From contig OZ243913.1 in assembly GCA_965213705.1 (NCBI GenBank), forward strand, positions 512,001 through 576,000: DNA of 64,000 bases. Reading direction: 5' to 3'. Source of the DNA: Trueperaceae bacterium (lineage in GTDB: Bacteria > Deinococcota > Deinococci > Deinococcales > Trueperaceae). Position 1 is the stretch's first letter, and every line of letters begins with the position of its first letter. Made by a program: the position numbers and the translations under genes. The notes under the pieces are model-generated. The model did no database searches. It was given only the letters and a program-made list of their open reading frames with translations, and was not told the DNA's origin. Shown here piece by piece: positions 9,487 through 18,722 of the stretch.

Positions 9487-10233
9487 ATGGACTTAACGGC
9501 GTTGACCATCGACAAGGCCTTGCCCACGCCCGCCTACTTGCAGCTCAAAGACAAGTTGCTTCAGGCCTTCGAGGCGGGGCAGTTGCGGCCCGGCACGGCG
9601 CTGCCCTCGGAGCGTGACTTGGCCGGAGCGGTCAGTTTGTCACGGATGACGGTGCGGCGAGCCTTTGAAGAACTCGTAGCTGCGAACCTCGTCGAACAGC
9701 GGCAGGGCTCAGGCACCTACGTCTTGCCGAAACGCTTGGAGCAGACCGTCGACCGGGTGCTGGGGTTTACCGACGAGGCGCGCACCCTGGGTTTCGAAGC
9801 CGGAAGCCGTATTTTGAGCGCCGAGCACGTTGCCGCAGACCCCGCCGCCGCCGCGGCGTTGCAGGTTGCGGCGAACCTGTCCGTCTTGCGGGTGCGGCGT
9901 TTGCGCACCGCCGACGGCGCGCCGCTGGCCTTGCAAACCGCCCAACTCGCGCCGCGCTTTAGCCGACTGTCGCTCCACCGCCTCGAGAGTTCGGGCAGCC
10001 TTTACAAAACCATCCAGGAGCAGTACGGCGTCACACCGCACGCCGCGCGGCAGACCGTACGGGCGCGGTTGCCGACCCGCACCGAGCAAGACGTGCTGAA
10101 CTTGCACGGCGGCAGCCCGGTCATGGCGATGGAGCGCGTCACTTTCGGCGTCGACGGTGTCCCGTTCGAATTTGTACGCAGCGTCTACCGCGGTGACCGC
10201 TACCAAATGGCCCTGGAGCTGCGCGCTCCGTAA
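9487..10233 (+). CDS. GntR/HutC family regulator with UTRA domain (NagR-like)
   Basis: 'LPSERDLA...SRMTVRRA...GSGTYV'; C-terminal 'YRGDRY'. Confidence 0.92.
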   Translation: MDLTALTIDKALPTPAYLQLKDKLLQAFEAGQLRPGTALPSERDLAGAVSLSRMTVRRAFEELVAANLVEQRQGSGTYVLPKRLEQTVDRVLGFTDEARTLGFEAGSRILSAEHVAADPAAAAALQVAANLSVLRVRRLRTADGAPLALQTAQLAPRFSRLSLHRLESSGSLYKTIQEQYGVTPHAARQTVRARLPTRTEQDVLNLHGGSPVMAMERVTFGVDGVPFEFVRSVYRGDRYQMALELRAP

Positions 10234-10313
10234 CGGGCCGAGAGCGCTTTCGACCCGCTCCGCCTTGCGAAACGAACACTAACTCCTCAACACCCAAAAG
10301 AACGGAAACCGCC

Positions 10314-11180
10314 ATGACCGAACAGAGTGACGACCGGTATCAAGACCTCGACACTTGGCCCTTCGAGCGGACGCTGAGCGCCCTCGTCGAGAGCAACCGC
10401 CGGGCCGTCGCGGCTGTGGCGGCGGCTTTGCCCGCGCTCACGGCGGCGGCGGAGGGCGTGGCTCGAGCCTTGCTAAAGGGCGGCAGGCTCGTCTACGTCG
10501 GCGCGGGTACGTCGGGGCGGTTAGCCCTGCAAGACGCCGCGGAACTGCCGCCGACCTTCGGGTTCGACCGCACCGTGGTCCTGATGGCGGGCGGGGACAG
10601 CGCGGCGGGCCGAGCGCGTGAGGGGGCCGAAGACGACGAGGCGGCGGCGCGCGCGGCGGTCGCCCAGGCCGGGGTCGGCGCGAACGACGCGGTCATCGGT
10701 TTGGCGGCGAGCGGCCGGACACCCTACACCGTCGCGAGCGTTGAGGAGAGCCGGGCCCGGGGCGCATTCACCGTCGGGGTGTCCAACAACCCGGACACGC
10801 CGCTCTTGCGTGTGGCCGAAGTCGGGATTTTCCTCGAGACCGGCCCCGAGGTGCTGGCGGGTTCGACCCGCCTGGCGGCGGGAACCTCGCAGAAAATCGT
10901 GCTCAACGCCCTGTCCACGGCGGTACTGGTGCGTTCCGGCGGCGCTTACGGCAACCTGATGGTGGGGATGAAGCCGCTGAACGACAAACTGCGGCGGCGC
11001 GCCGTCGACATCGTGCGGCAAGCGGCCGAAGTGTCCGAAGCTGAGGCCGAAACAGCTTTGACCGCGAGCGGCGGCCTCATGCGTGAAGCAGTCGTGATGC
11101 TGAAAGCGGGCGTGGGTTTGGACGAGGCGAGGGCAAAGCTCGAGGCCGGTGGCGGGCGGGTGCGGGACGCACTGAGGTAA
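10314..11180 (+). CDS. murQ: N-acetylmuramic acid 6-phosphate etherase
   Basis: 'YVGAGTSGRL..DAAELPPTFG', 'EGAED', 'AASGRTP', 'GPEVLAGSTRL', 'GNLMV'. Confidence 0.93.
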   Translation: MTEQSDDRYQDLDTWPFERTLSALVESNRRAVAAVAAALPALTAAAEGVARALLKGGRLVYVGAGTSGRLALQDAAELPPTFGFDRTVVLMAGGDSAAGRAREGAEDDEAAARAAVAQAGVGANDAVIGLAASGRTPYTVASVEESRARGAFTVGVSNNPDTPLLRVAEVGIFLETGPEVLAGSTRLAAGTSQKIVLNALSTAVLVRSGGAYGNLMVGMKPLNDKLRRRAVDIVRQAAEVSEAEAETALTASGGLMREAVVMLKAGVGLDEARAKLEAGGGRVRDALR

Positions 11181-11283
11181 GAAGTTTGAAGCGTGCTTCA
11201 TTCAGGAACTCATCTGCTGCTCGCGTCGCCGGGCTGAGCTTCAGGCCCTCGAGCTACGGAAGTACCTTGCTAAAATAGTGTTT

Positions 11284-12090
11284 ATGCGCCTCGAGGCTTA
11301 CCTGACGCGCGTGGACTACGAGGGGTCTTTAGCGCCGACCCTGGAAACCCTCACCGCTCTCCACCGCGCCCACTTGACGAGCATCTCTTACGAAAACTTG
11401 GACATCCACCTCGGTCGCCCGTTGGTTTTGAAACCGGAGCGGATTTTCGAGAAACTCGTGTTGGAGCGGCGCGGCGGCTGGTGCTACGAGATGAACGCTT
11501 TGTTTGCGCGCGTGCTCCGCGAACTCGGTTTCGAGGTCACGCTTTTGGGCGGCGCGGTAAACCGGGCGCGGCTTGGCACAAGGGCCGACCTTAATCACCT
11601 CGCCTTACTCGTCTCGTTGGAGCAGCCTTACCTCGCCGACGTGGGTTTCGGAGACGGTTTTCTCGAGCCCTTGCCCCTGCAAGAAGGGCGCTACCGACAA
11701 GGCTTTTTGGAGTTCGGTTTAAGCCGAGTGGGAGAGGTTTGGACTTTTCACAACCACGCGTACGGCGCAGCTCCCGGCTTCGAGTTCAACCTCGTTCCGC
11801 GGCGCTTAAAGGAGTTTGAGGGCCAGTGCCACAGGTTGCAGACCGCGCCCGAGTCGGGCTTTGTGCAGGTCACCGTGTGCCAGCGTTTTAAGGAAAAGAG
11901 TCTGCTGAGTTTGCGCGGTGCGACGTTGAAGACCGTCACGCGGCGCGGCATAGAAACGCGGGTCATCGACACTCGAGACGAGTTCGTAAAGGTTTTGTGC
12001 GAAGATTTCGGGCTGTGTTTTCCCGAGGTGGCTGACTTGTGGCCGCAAGTGTGGGCGAGCCATCTCGCCTGGCAGGCGGCCGGCGCATAA
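11284..12090 (+). CDS. Arylamine N-acetyltransferase
   Basis: 'YENLDI', 'RRGGWCYEMN', 'NHLAL', 'ADVGFG' (Cys-His-Asp triad); TAAAAT 7 nt before ATG 11284. Confidence 0.93.
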   Translation: MRLEAYLTRVDYEGSLAPTLETLTALHRAHLTSISYENLDIHLGRPLVLKPERIFEKLVLERRGGWCYEMNALFARVLRELGFEVTLLGGAVNRARLGTRADLNHLALLVSLEQPYLADVGFGDGFLEPLPLQEGRYRQGFLEFGLSRVGEVWTFHNHAYGAAPGFEFNLVPRRLKEFEGQCHRLQTAPESGFVQVTVCQRFKEKSLLSLRGATLKTVTRRGIETRVIDTRDEFVKVLCEDFGLCFPEVADLWPQVWASHLAWQAAGA

Positions 12091-12126
12091 CCTCTCCTCG
12101 CGCCGTCGTCTGCTAGATTGTAAACC

Positions 12127-12720
12127 GTGAGCCAAGCTGTGAGCAGCCCCCGCGAACCGGTGCCGAGTGACAAGATGCGCGCTCGAGCCGCGGCCGCCAT
12201 CCTTTCGCTGTTGGAGCGCGACGACGTGCTCGTTTTAGACACCGAAACGACCGGCATGGGCAAGACGGCCGAAGTCATCGAGGTGTCGGTCGTCAACACG
12301 CGCGGCGACGTGCTCCTCGACACGCTCGTCAAACCCAAAGTGCCGAGGATGAACCGCTTCGCGCAGCGCGTCCACGGGATTTCGCTGGGCATGTTGGCGG
12401 ATGCGCCGAGTTGGCCCGAGGTGTTGCCCGAGTTAAGTGAGATAGCCGACCGCCGCACGGTGCTCGCCTGGAACGCGCCCTTCGACGCGGGCATGTTGGC
12501 GCAGAACTCGCTCGCCTGGGACTTGCCGCACCCGAAGTGGCTGTTCGTGTGCGCCATGCGCCTGTACGCCAGAGGGCGCGGCATCAAGATACGAGGCCTG
12601 CACAAGTGCGTGGTGGACGAGAATCTACAACATCTTTTAGAAACTCATCAAAGTCACCGCGCGCTTGCGGATGTTGTGTTTACGCTCGAGGTTTTGCGCT
12701 CGAGCGTGAGAAACCGGTAG
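12127..12720 (+). CDS. DEDDh 3'-5' exonuclease (DnaQ-like)
   Basis: 'LDTETTG', 'AWNAPFD', 'HRALAD'. Confidence 0.9.
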   Translation: MSQAVSSPREPVPSDKMRARAAAAILSLLERDDVLVLDTETTGMGKTAEVIEVSVVNTRGDVLLDTLVKPKVPRMNRFAQRVHGISLGMLADAPSWPEVLPELSEIADRRTVLAWNAPFDAGMLAQNSLAWDLPHPKWLFVCAMRLYARGRGIKIRGLHKCVVDENLQHLLETHQSHRALADVVFTLEVLRSSVRNR

Positions 12721-12737
12721 CCCTGTAGCCTTACCCT

Positions 12738-12766
12738 TTGACAATTCCTTCACAAGCATCTATACT
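12738..12766 (+). promoter_or_regulatory. Near-consensus sigma70 promoter of the DEAD-box helicase gene
   Basis: TTGACA(12738)-N17-TATACT(12761). Confidence 0.85.
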
Positions 12767-12932
12767 CGGTGAGTTTGCGTAGACTTGCTACGCCTTGTGT
12801 ACCCCTTAAATATTTGAGCTGTAACGAGTTCTGAGTACGGGTTTGAGCGAGGAAGCAGGCTACTCACTGCAGGTGAGTCAGGCGCCCGCGCGTGCCGAAT
12901 AAAAGACTTGCCTCACCCGGAAAGGAACAGTT

Positions 12933-14507
12933 ATGTTTACCGACTACTCGCTACCCGAGCGGGTGCAACGAGCACTCGCCGACAAAGGCTTCACCACACC
13001 CACCCCCGTCCAGGCCGAGTCGCTGCCGCACGCGCTTTTGGGCAAGGACATTCTCGGCCAGGCGCGCACCGGCACGGGCAAAACCCTCGCCTTTGGCTTG
13101 CCGATTGCGACGCACTTAGAGGCTGATTCTACTAAGGGCCGCGCGCCCCGCGCGCTCGTGCTCACGCCGACCCGCGAACTCGCGCTGCAGGTCTCGAGCG
13201 AGTTGGACTGGGCCGCGCCGCACCTAAAAATCGTCACCGTTTACGGCGGCACCGGTTACGGCAAGCAAGCCACCGACTTAAAGCGCGGCAGCGACGTGGT
13301 CGTGGCGACGCCGGGGCGCGCCATCGACTATCAAAACCGCAAGATTCTCGACCTGGGCCAGGTGCGCGTCGTCGTACTCGACGAGGCCGACGAGATGCTC
13401 AACATGGGTTTCGAAGAGGACGTCGAAACGCTGCTGGGTGCGACGCCGAACGAGCGCCAAACGCTGCTCTTCAGCGCCACCTTGCCCCACTGGGCGAAAC
13501 GGCTGGCGGGCGAATACTTGCGCGACCCCGTCCACGTCAACGTCATGAAAGACGAGGACGTGAGCTATGAGGAAATCGCCGTCGAGACGACGCTGCAAAA
13601 CCGCCTGGGCGTGCTCTCGGACATCTTGCACGCGCACCACGGCGAAAAAGCCATCATCTTCACGCACACCAAGGCCGAGGTCGACCGGCTCGCTCGTGAA
13701 CTCAGCGGACTGGGCCACGGGGCCGAGGCGATTCACGGCGACCTCAACCAGACGCAGCGCGAGCGCGTCATCGGGCGCTTTCGCGCCGGGCAGGTGAGCG
13801 CGCTCGTCGGCACCAACGTCGCGGCGCGCGGCCTCGACATCCCCGAGGTCGACCTGGTCGTCCACTACCGGCTGCCCGTCGACACCGAGGCGTACCAGCA
13901 CCGCTCGGGCCGGACGGGCCGGGCCGGGCGCACCGGCACGGTCGTCGTGCTCTACGGTCCCAAAGAGCGCCGCGACCTAGCCAACATCGAACGCGCGGTC
14001 TCGAGACGGTTCCGAATAAGCGCCCCGCCCACGCCCGAGGCGATTCAGGGTGCGAAACTGAGCGGGCTCATCGGCAACGCTCGAGCCCAGAGCCCGGACG
14101 ACAAAAACGCCTGGCGCGACGTGGCCCAGGGTTTGATCGACGAACAAGACACCGACACCTTGGCGGGCCTCCTCGCAGTCGTGTTGGGCGGCGCACCAGC
14201 GCAGCGCAGCCTGCTCACCGCCGAAGAGGGCTGGACGACCCTCGAACTGGCAGGCGACTTTAGAAACATCGGCCAGGTCGTGCGAGTTCTCAAAGACGCG
14301 GGCGCGGGCGACATCGGCCGCGTCCAGCTCGGGCGGAGCGCCGCCTACGCGGACGTCAAACCGGGTGAGGCCGCGGGCCTGGTGAGAGAAAATTCCGACT
14401 TGCGCAAAGCTGAAACCGTTCCGGTCGAGACCGTCGCGTTGCCAGTTTCCAAACGCAAGTCGCGCAGCGGCGGCAAAACGCGGCGGCGGGCGGAAGCGCG
14501 TTCCTAG
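12933..14507 (+). CDS. DEAD-box RNA helicase, Thermus Hera-like
   Basis: Q motif, 'ARTGTGKT', 'PTRELA', 'DEAD', 'SAT', 'HRSGRTGR'; C-terminal 'RSLLTAEEGW' recalls Hera. Confidence 0.95.
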   Translation: MFTDYSLPERVQRALADKGFTTPTPVQAESLPHALLGKDILGQARTGTGKTLAFGLPIATHLEADSTKGRAPRALVLTPTRELALQVSSELDWAAPHLKIVTVYGGTGYGKQATDLKRGSDVVVATPGRAIDYQNRKILDLGQVRVVVLDEADEMLNMGFEEDVETLLGATPNERQTLLFSATLPHWAKRLAGEYLRDPVHVNVMKDEDVSYEEIAVETTLQNRLGVLSDILHAHHGEKAIIFTHTKAEVDRLARELSGLGHGAEAIHGDLNQTQRERVIGRFRAGQVSALVGTNVAARGLDIPEVDLVVHYRLPVDTEAYQHRSGRTGRAGRTGTVVVLYGPKERRDLANIERAVSRRFRISAPPTPEAIQGAKLSGLIGNARAQSPDDKNAWRDVAQGLIDEQDTDTLAGLLAVVLGGAPAQRSLLTAEEGWTTLELAGDFRNIGQVVRVLKDAGAGDIGRVQLGRSAAYADVKPGEAAGLVRENSDLRKAETVPVETVALPVSKRKSRSGGKTRRRAEARS

Positions 14508-14535
14508 TAAGCCGATGGCCGAAAACAAATGAACG

Positions 14536-14568
14536 AAAAAGCGGAGGCTGAGGCCTCCGCTCTTTTTT
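14536..14568 (+). terminator. Intrinsic terminator
   Basis: aaaaagcggaggc-tgag-gcctccgct followed by a T-run. Confidence 0.85.
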
Positions 14569-14676
14569 GTGGGGCTGGGCTGAGCGTCCTCGAGCCGGTG
14601 GTCGGCGCAGCGGCCTTGTTCGGTGAAGCGCTTTTCATACACGCGCCTTCGCCTCTCCCGTAAAGTGAACAGACCC

Positions 14677-15456
14677 ATGCCCAAACGCCCAACCCTCCTC
14701 TTCGTCCTGCTGAGTTTTGTGCTGGGTTGCCGCGCCGCGTGGGCGCAGGACGCGCCCGTGTGGCGGCCCGCGCCGGGGACGAGTTGGCAGTGGCAGCTCA
14801 GCGGCGAGTTGGACACCTCTTTCAGTGTCGACATGTACGACCTCGACCTGTTCGACACGCCTGCTGCGACGATTGCCGCTTTGAAGGCGGACGGCCGCGT
14901 CGTGGTCTGCTACTTCAGCGCGGGCAGCTTCGAGGCGTGGCGACCGGACGCGGGCGCTTTTCCAAAAACGGTCAAGGGCAAAAAAATGGCGGGCTGGGAC
15001 GAGCGCTGGCTGGACGTGCGGCGTTTAGACGTGCTGGGTCCCGTCATGGTTGCCCGGCTCGACCTGGCCGCCGCGAAGGGCTGCGACGGGGTCGAGCCGG
15101 ACAACGTGGACGGCTACGTCAACGCGACGGGCTACCCGCTGAGTTACGCGGACCAACTCGCCTACAACCGCTTTCTCGCCGCCGCGGCGCACGCGCGCGG
15201 TTTGTCGATAGGGCTCAAAAACGACCTCGCCCAGGTCGCTGACTTGGAGCCCCACTTCGACTGGGCGCTCAACGAGCAGTGTTTCGAGTTTGGCGAGTGC
15301 GAGTCTCTGCTTCCCTTCGTCCGGGCCGGCAAGGCGGTGTTCGGCGTCGAGTACGCGCTCGAGCCGGAACAGTTTTGCGCCCGGGCAAACGCTTACGACT
15401 TCGACTGGCTGCACAAGCGGCTCGAGCTGGGCGTCTACCGGCAAGCCTGCCGCTAG
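14677..15456 (+). CDS. Secreted endo-alpha-1,4-polygalactosaminidase (GH114, Ega3-like)
   Basis: signal peptide; 'WQWQL', 'CYFSAGSFE.WRPD', 'GCDGVEPDNVD', 'GLKND', 'ALNEQC', 'FGVEY'. Confidence 0.9.
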   Translation: MPKRPTLLFVLLSFVLGCRAAWAQDAPVWRPAPGTSWQWQLSGELDTSFSVDMYDLDLFDTPAATIAALKADGRVVVCYFSAGSFEAWRPDAGAFPKTVKGKKMAGWDERWLDVRRLDVLGPVMVARLDLAAAKGCDGVEPDNVDGYVNATGYPLSYADQLAYNRFLAAAAHARGLSIGLKNDLAQVADLEPHFDWALNEQCFEFGECESLLPFVRAGKAVFGVEYALEPEQFCARANAYDFDWLHKRLELGVYRQACR

Positions 15457-15462
15457 CTCGGT

Positions 15463-16587
15463 TTAGGGCGTGTAGGTAAAAGGTTGTATCGTCGAGGACG
15501 TGTCGAAGCTACCCAGGTCGAGCGCCAAGGTTTTCGTCTCGGAGTCACCCAGGACGAGGTCGGAACTGAACGCGACAACGGTGACTTGGTAACGTTTGCC
15601 GGTAGTCAACGAACTTTTCAGCTGCAAACTCGTCGCTTTGGTAAAGTCTTGAACGTACACGCGAGCAGCCTGCCCGTTCAAACCGGCTGCCGAGTTGGCC
15701 GCTGCCTGGGGCACAAGCTCGTCGCTCGGGTCGGTCACGACCGCGTAGTACGCCTTGGCCCCCGGTACGGGCGTCCAGGCGACCGCAACGCCCCCGGCCT
15801 CCGGCGTCACCGTGACGTTTTTGGGGCTTTTGACCAGGTGGCTCGGGTTCAGGTTGAGGTTTGCCGCATAGCTGTCGCCCCGGTCAGTGGTCGCGGTGAG
15901 GTGGTAGCTACCTTGTGGCGGACGCGACTCGTCGGTGAGCAGGTCGTAAGTCCACACGTCTTCGCTCGGCGCGTCATCTTCAAAAGTGGGGCCGGGCAAA
16001 ACCAAGCGCCGCGGCGCGCCGCCGTTCCAGCCCGGCGGCCCCGTGAGCGTGACGGTGACGGTCGTGGGTTGCAAGTAACGAAAACCCACCAGCAAAGACG
16101 AGCCCAGTGCGCCGGCGTCGTCTGCGGCCCAGTTCCAGGTGCCCAGCGCTGCGACGAGGCCTTCTTCGCCGGGGGCGAGCGCGTCCTTACAGGTCAGGGT
16201 GACCTGGGTCGTGGCGTTGGGCCGGTCGGGGGCGTCGGACGTCGTGTTGAGCGTTGTCTCGAGGTTGCCGGCTGTTTCGGGGCAATGCGCCGCAAAGGTG
16301 ACCCTGGCAACCTCACCGGCCGCAAGCCGACCCGCCTTGTCGCCGGTAAGGCTGAGCCAGTTCGCCGACGTTGACGCGTCGGTTGTGACGGCAACCTCGT
16401 AGGTGAGCGGTGAACCGCCCGCGTTGCTTACCTCGAAAAAGCCCTGGCGCACCTGTCCGACCTGGGCCGACACCTGCAGGTCTTGGGGCACGTGGAGCCT
16501 GGCCCCTGGGGCGGTGCAGGCGTTCAGCACCAAACCTAAAGTGACGAACGAAACCAGCTTGGTTGTCTTCATATTGGTTGTCTTCAT
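15463..16587 (-). CDS. Lipoprotein with Ig-like/FN3-like beta-sandwich modules, function unknown
   Basis: lipobox 'LNAC'; 'VSNAGGSPLTY...WLSL' (BACON-like); 'PKNVTV...VAWTPVPGAKAY...GKRYQVTVVA' (FN3-like). Confidence 0.7.
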   Translation of the reverse strand: MKTTNMKTTKLVSFVTLGLVLNACTAPGARLHVPQDLQVSAQVGQVRQGFFEVSNAGGSPLTYEVAVTTDASTSANWLSLTGDKAGRLAAGEVARVTFAAHCPETAGNLETTLNTTSDAPDRPNATTQVTLTCKDALAPGEEGLVAALGTWNWAADDAGALGSSLLVGFRYLQPTTVTVTLTGPPGWNGGAPRRLVLPGPTFEDDAPSEDVWTYDLLTDESRPPQGSYHLTATTDRGDSYAANLNLNPSHLVKSPKNVTVTPEAGGVAVAWTPVPGAKAYYAVVTDPSDELVPQAAANSAAGLNGQAARVYVQDFTKATSLQLKSSLTTGKRYQVTVVAFSSDLVLGDSETKTLALDLGSFDTSSTIQPFTYTP

Positions 16588-16588
16588 A
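16559..16588. repeat. Perfect 15-bp tandem duplication covering the start codon (MKTTN-MKTTK)
   Basis: ttggttgtcttcata x2. Confidence 0.9.
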
Positions 16589-16696
16589 CTTTCCTTTCTG
16601 GGTAGTTCCGGGCTGAGTCCAACCCTTGCAGGTTGACCCGAGAGAAGTGGCTACGGAGAGTGTCGTCGGGCGTCCATAAGGTTGCTGCGGACCAGC

Positions 16697-17413
16697 TCAA
16701 AAACGCGTCAAGTCGCGGTTGCTGACGAGCGAGGCGAGGCCGTGGCGGCGCGCGCGGCGGCGCGCAAACGTTGCCAGTTCACTCTCTTGGCAGGCCTGTG
16801 GACAATAGTCGAGGGCGTAGGCGGGGACGTCGAGCGTGCGCAACTTGGCGGCCTGGGCCGAGGTCCACTTCAGTTCGTCGGCGCTGAGGGCGGCGTACCC
16901 GCCCTCCGGCAACCAGCGCGTTGAAAACGCCTCGAGCACCACGCCGTCGACAAGCTGGGCAAGCTCGGGCAGCAGTGTGAAGCCGCGGTTGGCGAGCAGT
17001 GGGCGCGGACCGAGTTGCCTGCTCAGCACGCTGAGCAGCTCGAGCAGTGCCCCCCGGTCCTCCGGAAACAGGTCGACGGCGTCCAACGTGTCCGTAAACA
17101 CGCCCCCAAACCCCTTGGACAGGGCGGCTTCGACCTGGTCTATTAGGTGCCTTTGCCAGCGCGGGTCACCGACGTATACGTACGCGGTGCGCCAGTCGGT
17201 GTTGGTTTGCGGGCGCTGCCAGGGTGCGGCCGGCCCGGCATCCTCGCCGAGGCTTAAGTAGGCCAGCGGCGCGACCCCGCGCTGTTGCAGCCAGGTGAGG
17301 TCGGGAGCGCTGTAGTGCCCCGGCTGCAAGACGGCGCGCTGAAAGTGGGCCAGGTCGTGCAAACGGCCGCGTCCGTAATAGATGACGAGCGGTTTAGAGG
17401 ACCTGGACGCCAT
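16697..17413 (-). CDS. PelA-hydrolase-like (GH114/GH166-type) glycoside hydrolase without signal peptide
   Basis: 'IYYG', 'LAYLSLGE', 'GFGGVFTDTLD', 'LANRGF', 'VVLEAF', 'ALDY'. Confidence 0.8.
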   Translation of the reverse strand: MASRSSKPLVIYYGRGRLHDLAHFQRAVLQPGHYSAPDLTWLQQRGVAPLAYLSLGEDAGPAAPWQRPQTNTDWRTAYVYVGDPRWQRHLIDQVEAALSKGFGGVFTDTLDAVDLFPEDRGALLELLSVLSRQLGPRPLLANRGFTLLPELAQLVDGVVLEAFSTRWLPEGGYAALSADELKWTSAQAAKLRTLDVPAYALDYCPQACQESELATFARRRARRHGLASLVSNRDLTRF

Positions 17414-18722
17414 AGCTTTCCAACTCGCGCAGGTGAACGAGCAGACCGAGGGACAAGCAGGTGACCAGCAAGGCCAGCGCGTTCACCAGGGGAAAACCGA
17501 GCAGCACGGCCGCCGCTGTCAGTGCGAAAGCAAAACTCGGAAGGCTCAGGTTGGTCAAGTTGAGCAGGGTGAGCCCCAAACCCAAACCGAGCCCGAGGAG
17601 CAAAAAGCTGTAAACCGCCGCCCCGTAGGGCAGCTGACCTTCGTGGGTCGCGATGAACAACACGGGTAGCAGCAGTACCAGCAGCCACAAAGTGGTGGCG
17701 CGGCGCGCGCGCCGCTGATAGCTGTGCAGGGTGGTCGACGACCACAGGGCTCGCGCCAACACGTGCGCCAGGCCGTTCGCGGCCCACTCGAGCCCGACCA
17801 GCACCGCGGCGAGTAGGACCGTGCCGAGCAGTAAATAGTCGCTTTCGGTCTGGAGCAGGCTTACCAACAAAAAGCCCTGCCCGCCGCCGTAAAGGGCGAG
17901 CAGCAGGAGCTGGCGCGGCGGCGTGACGAGGTGACGCCACGCGTCCAGTTCCAAGCGCCTGTGGCGGCGCGCCACGCCGAACAAACTGGTGCACAGCGCT
18001 ACGGCGGCGCTGCTCCACAGGGGTAAGGGCGCACCCATCAGCGTCGCGACCAGTACGGCCCCCACACCCGCCAAGGGCAGCGAACAGGGCAGCAGCGAGC
18101 GCTCGCCCTGGTCTTGAGCGCGGACCTGCGCCGACCACAGGTTGCCGGTCAAGTTCCACCACAGCAGGCTCACGGTAACTTCCGCCCAAGAAAACTGGTG
18201 CACGGGCACGCTGACGAGCAAACCCGCCAACCCGACCCCCAACAGGGCGCCGATGACGGTTTGCTGATGGTCGTCGGTTTCGGCGCTCAGGTGCCCGACC
18301 ACGCCGCTGCCGACGACCGACCACACGATAAGCCAGAGCACCGCCTCGAAGCCGGTCGGTGCGGCGGTACTTTGCAGCAGCAAGGTGATAACAAAGGTAA
18401 GTAAAACGGCTAAGTGCCGCTGCCACACAAACCCGGTGTTGTCGGCGCTGAGCCGGTCGCCCAGAACGCGGCGCGGAACTTGGGCGTAGAGGTGTTCGGC
18501 AAGTTCGAAGGGACCCGCCAATCCAAACTCTTGCCGTACCCGGTAGCGGTTGTAGCCTACCGACTCCAGGTACGCGGCGACCTCGAAAGGGTCGACGGCC
18601 GCCCGGCACACGGGCTCTAAGCGGCGTCCCAGCTGGTTGAGGGGGTCCGAACTGCGGCGTTCCGCAGCGCGCCACGGCGCTTTGGGGGAGGGGAGTTTGG
18701 TGTACCGGCCAGCTTCGCTCAT
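17394..18722 (-). CDS. Polytopic membrane protein, putative polysaccharide export/synthase partner
   Basis: soluble N-terminus 'AVDPFEVAAYLES.GY...FELAEHLY' then about 11-12 hydrophobic segments; abuts the GT4 gene. Confidence 0.7.
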   Translation of the reverse strand: MSEAGRYTKLPSPKAPWRAAERRSSDPLNQLGRRLEPVCRAAVDPFEVAAYLESVGYNRYRVRQEFGLAGPFELAEHLYAQVPRRVLGDRLSADNTGFVWQRHLAVLLTFVITLLLQSTAAPTGFEAVLWLIVWSVVGSGVVGHLSAETDDHQQTVIGALLGVGLAGLLVSVPVHQFSWAEVTVSLLWWNLTGNLWSAQVRAQDQGERSLLPCSLPLAGVGAVLVATLMGAPLPLWSSAAVALCTSLFGVARRHRRLELDAWRHLVTPPRQLLLLALYGGGQGFLLVSLLQTESDYLLLGTVLLAAVLVGLEWAANGLAHVLARALWSSTTLHSYQRRARRATTLWLLVLLLPVLFIATHEGQLPYGAAVYSFLLLGLGLGLGLTLLNLTNLSLPSFAFALTAAAVLLGFPLVNALALLVTCLSLGLLVHLRELESYGVQVL

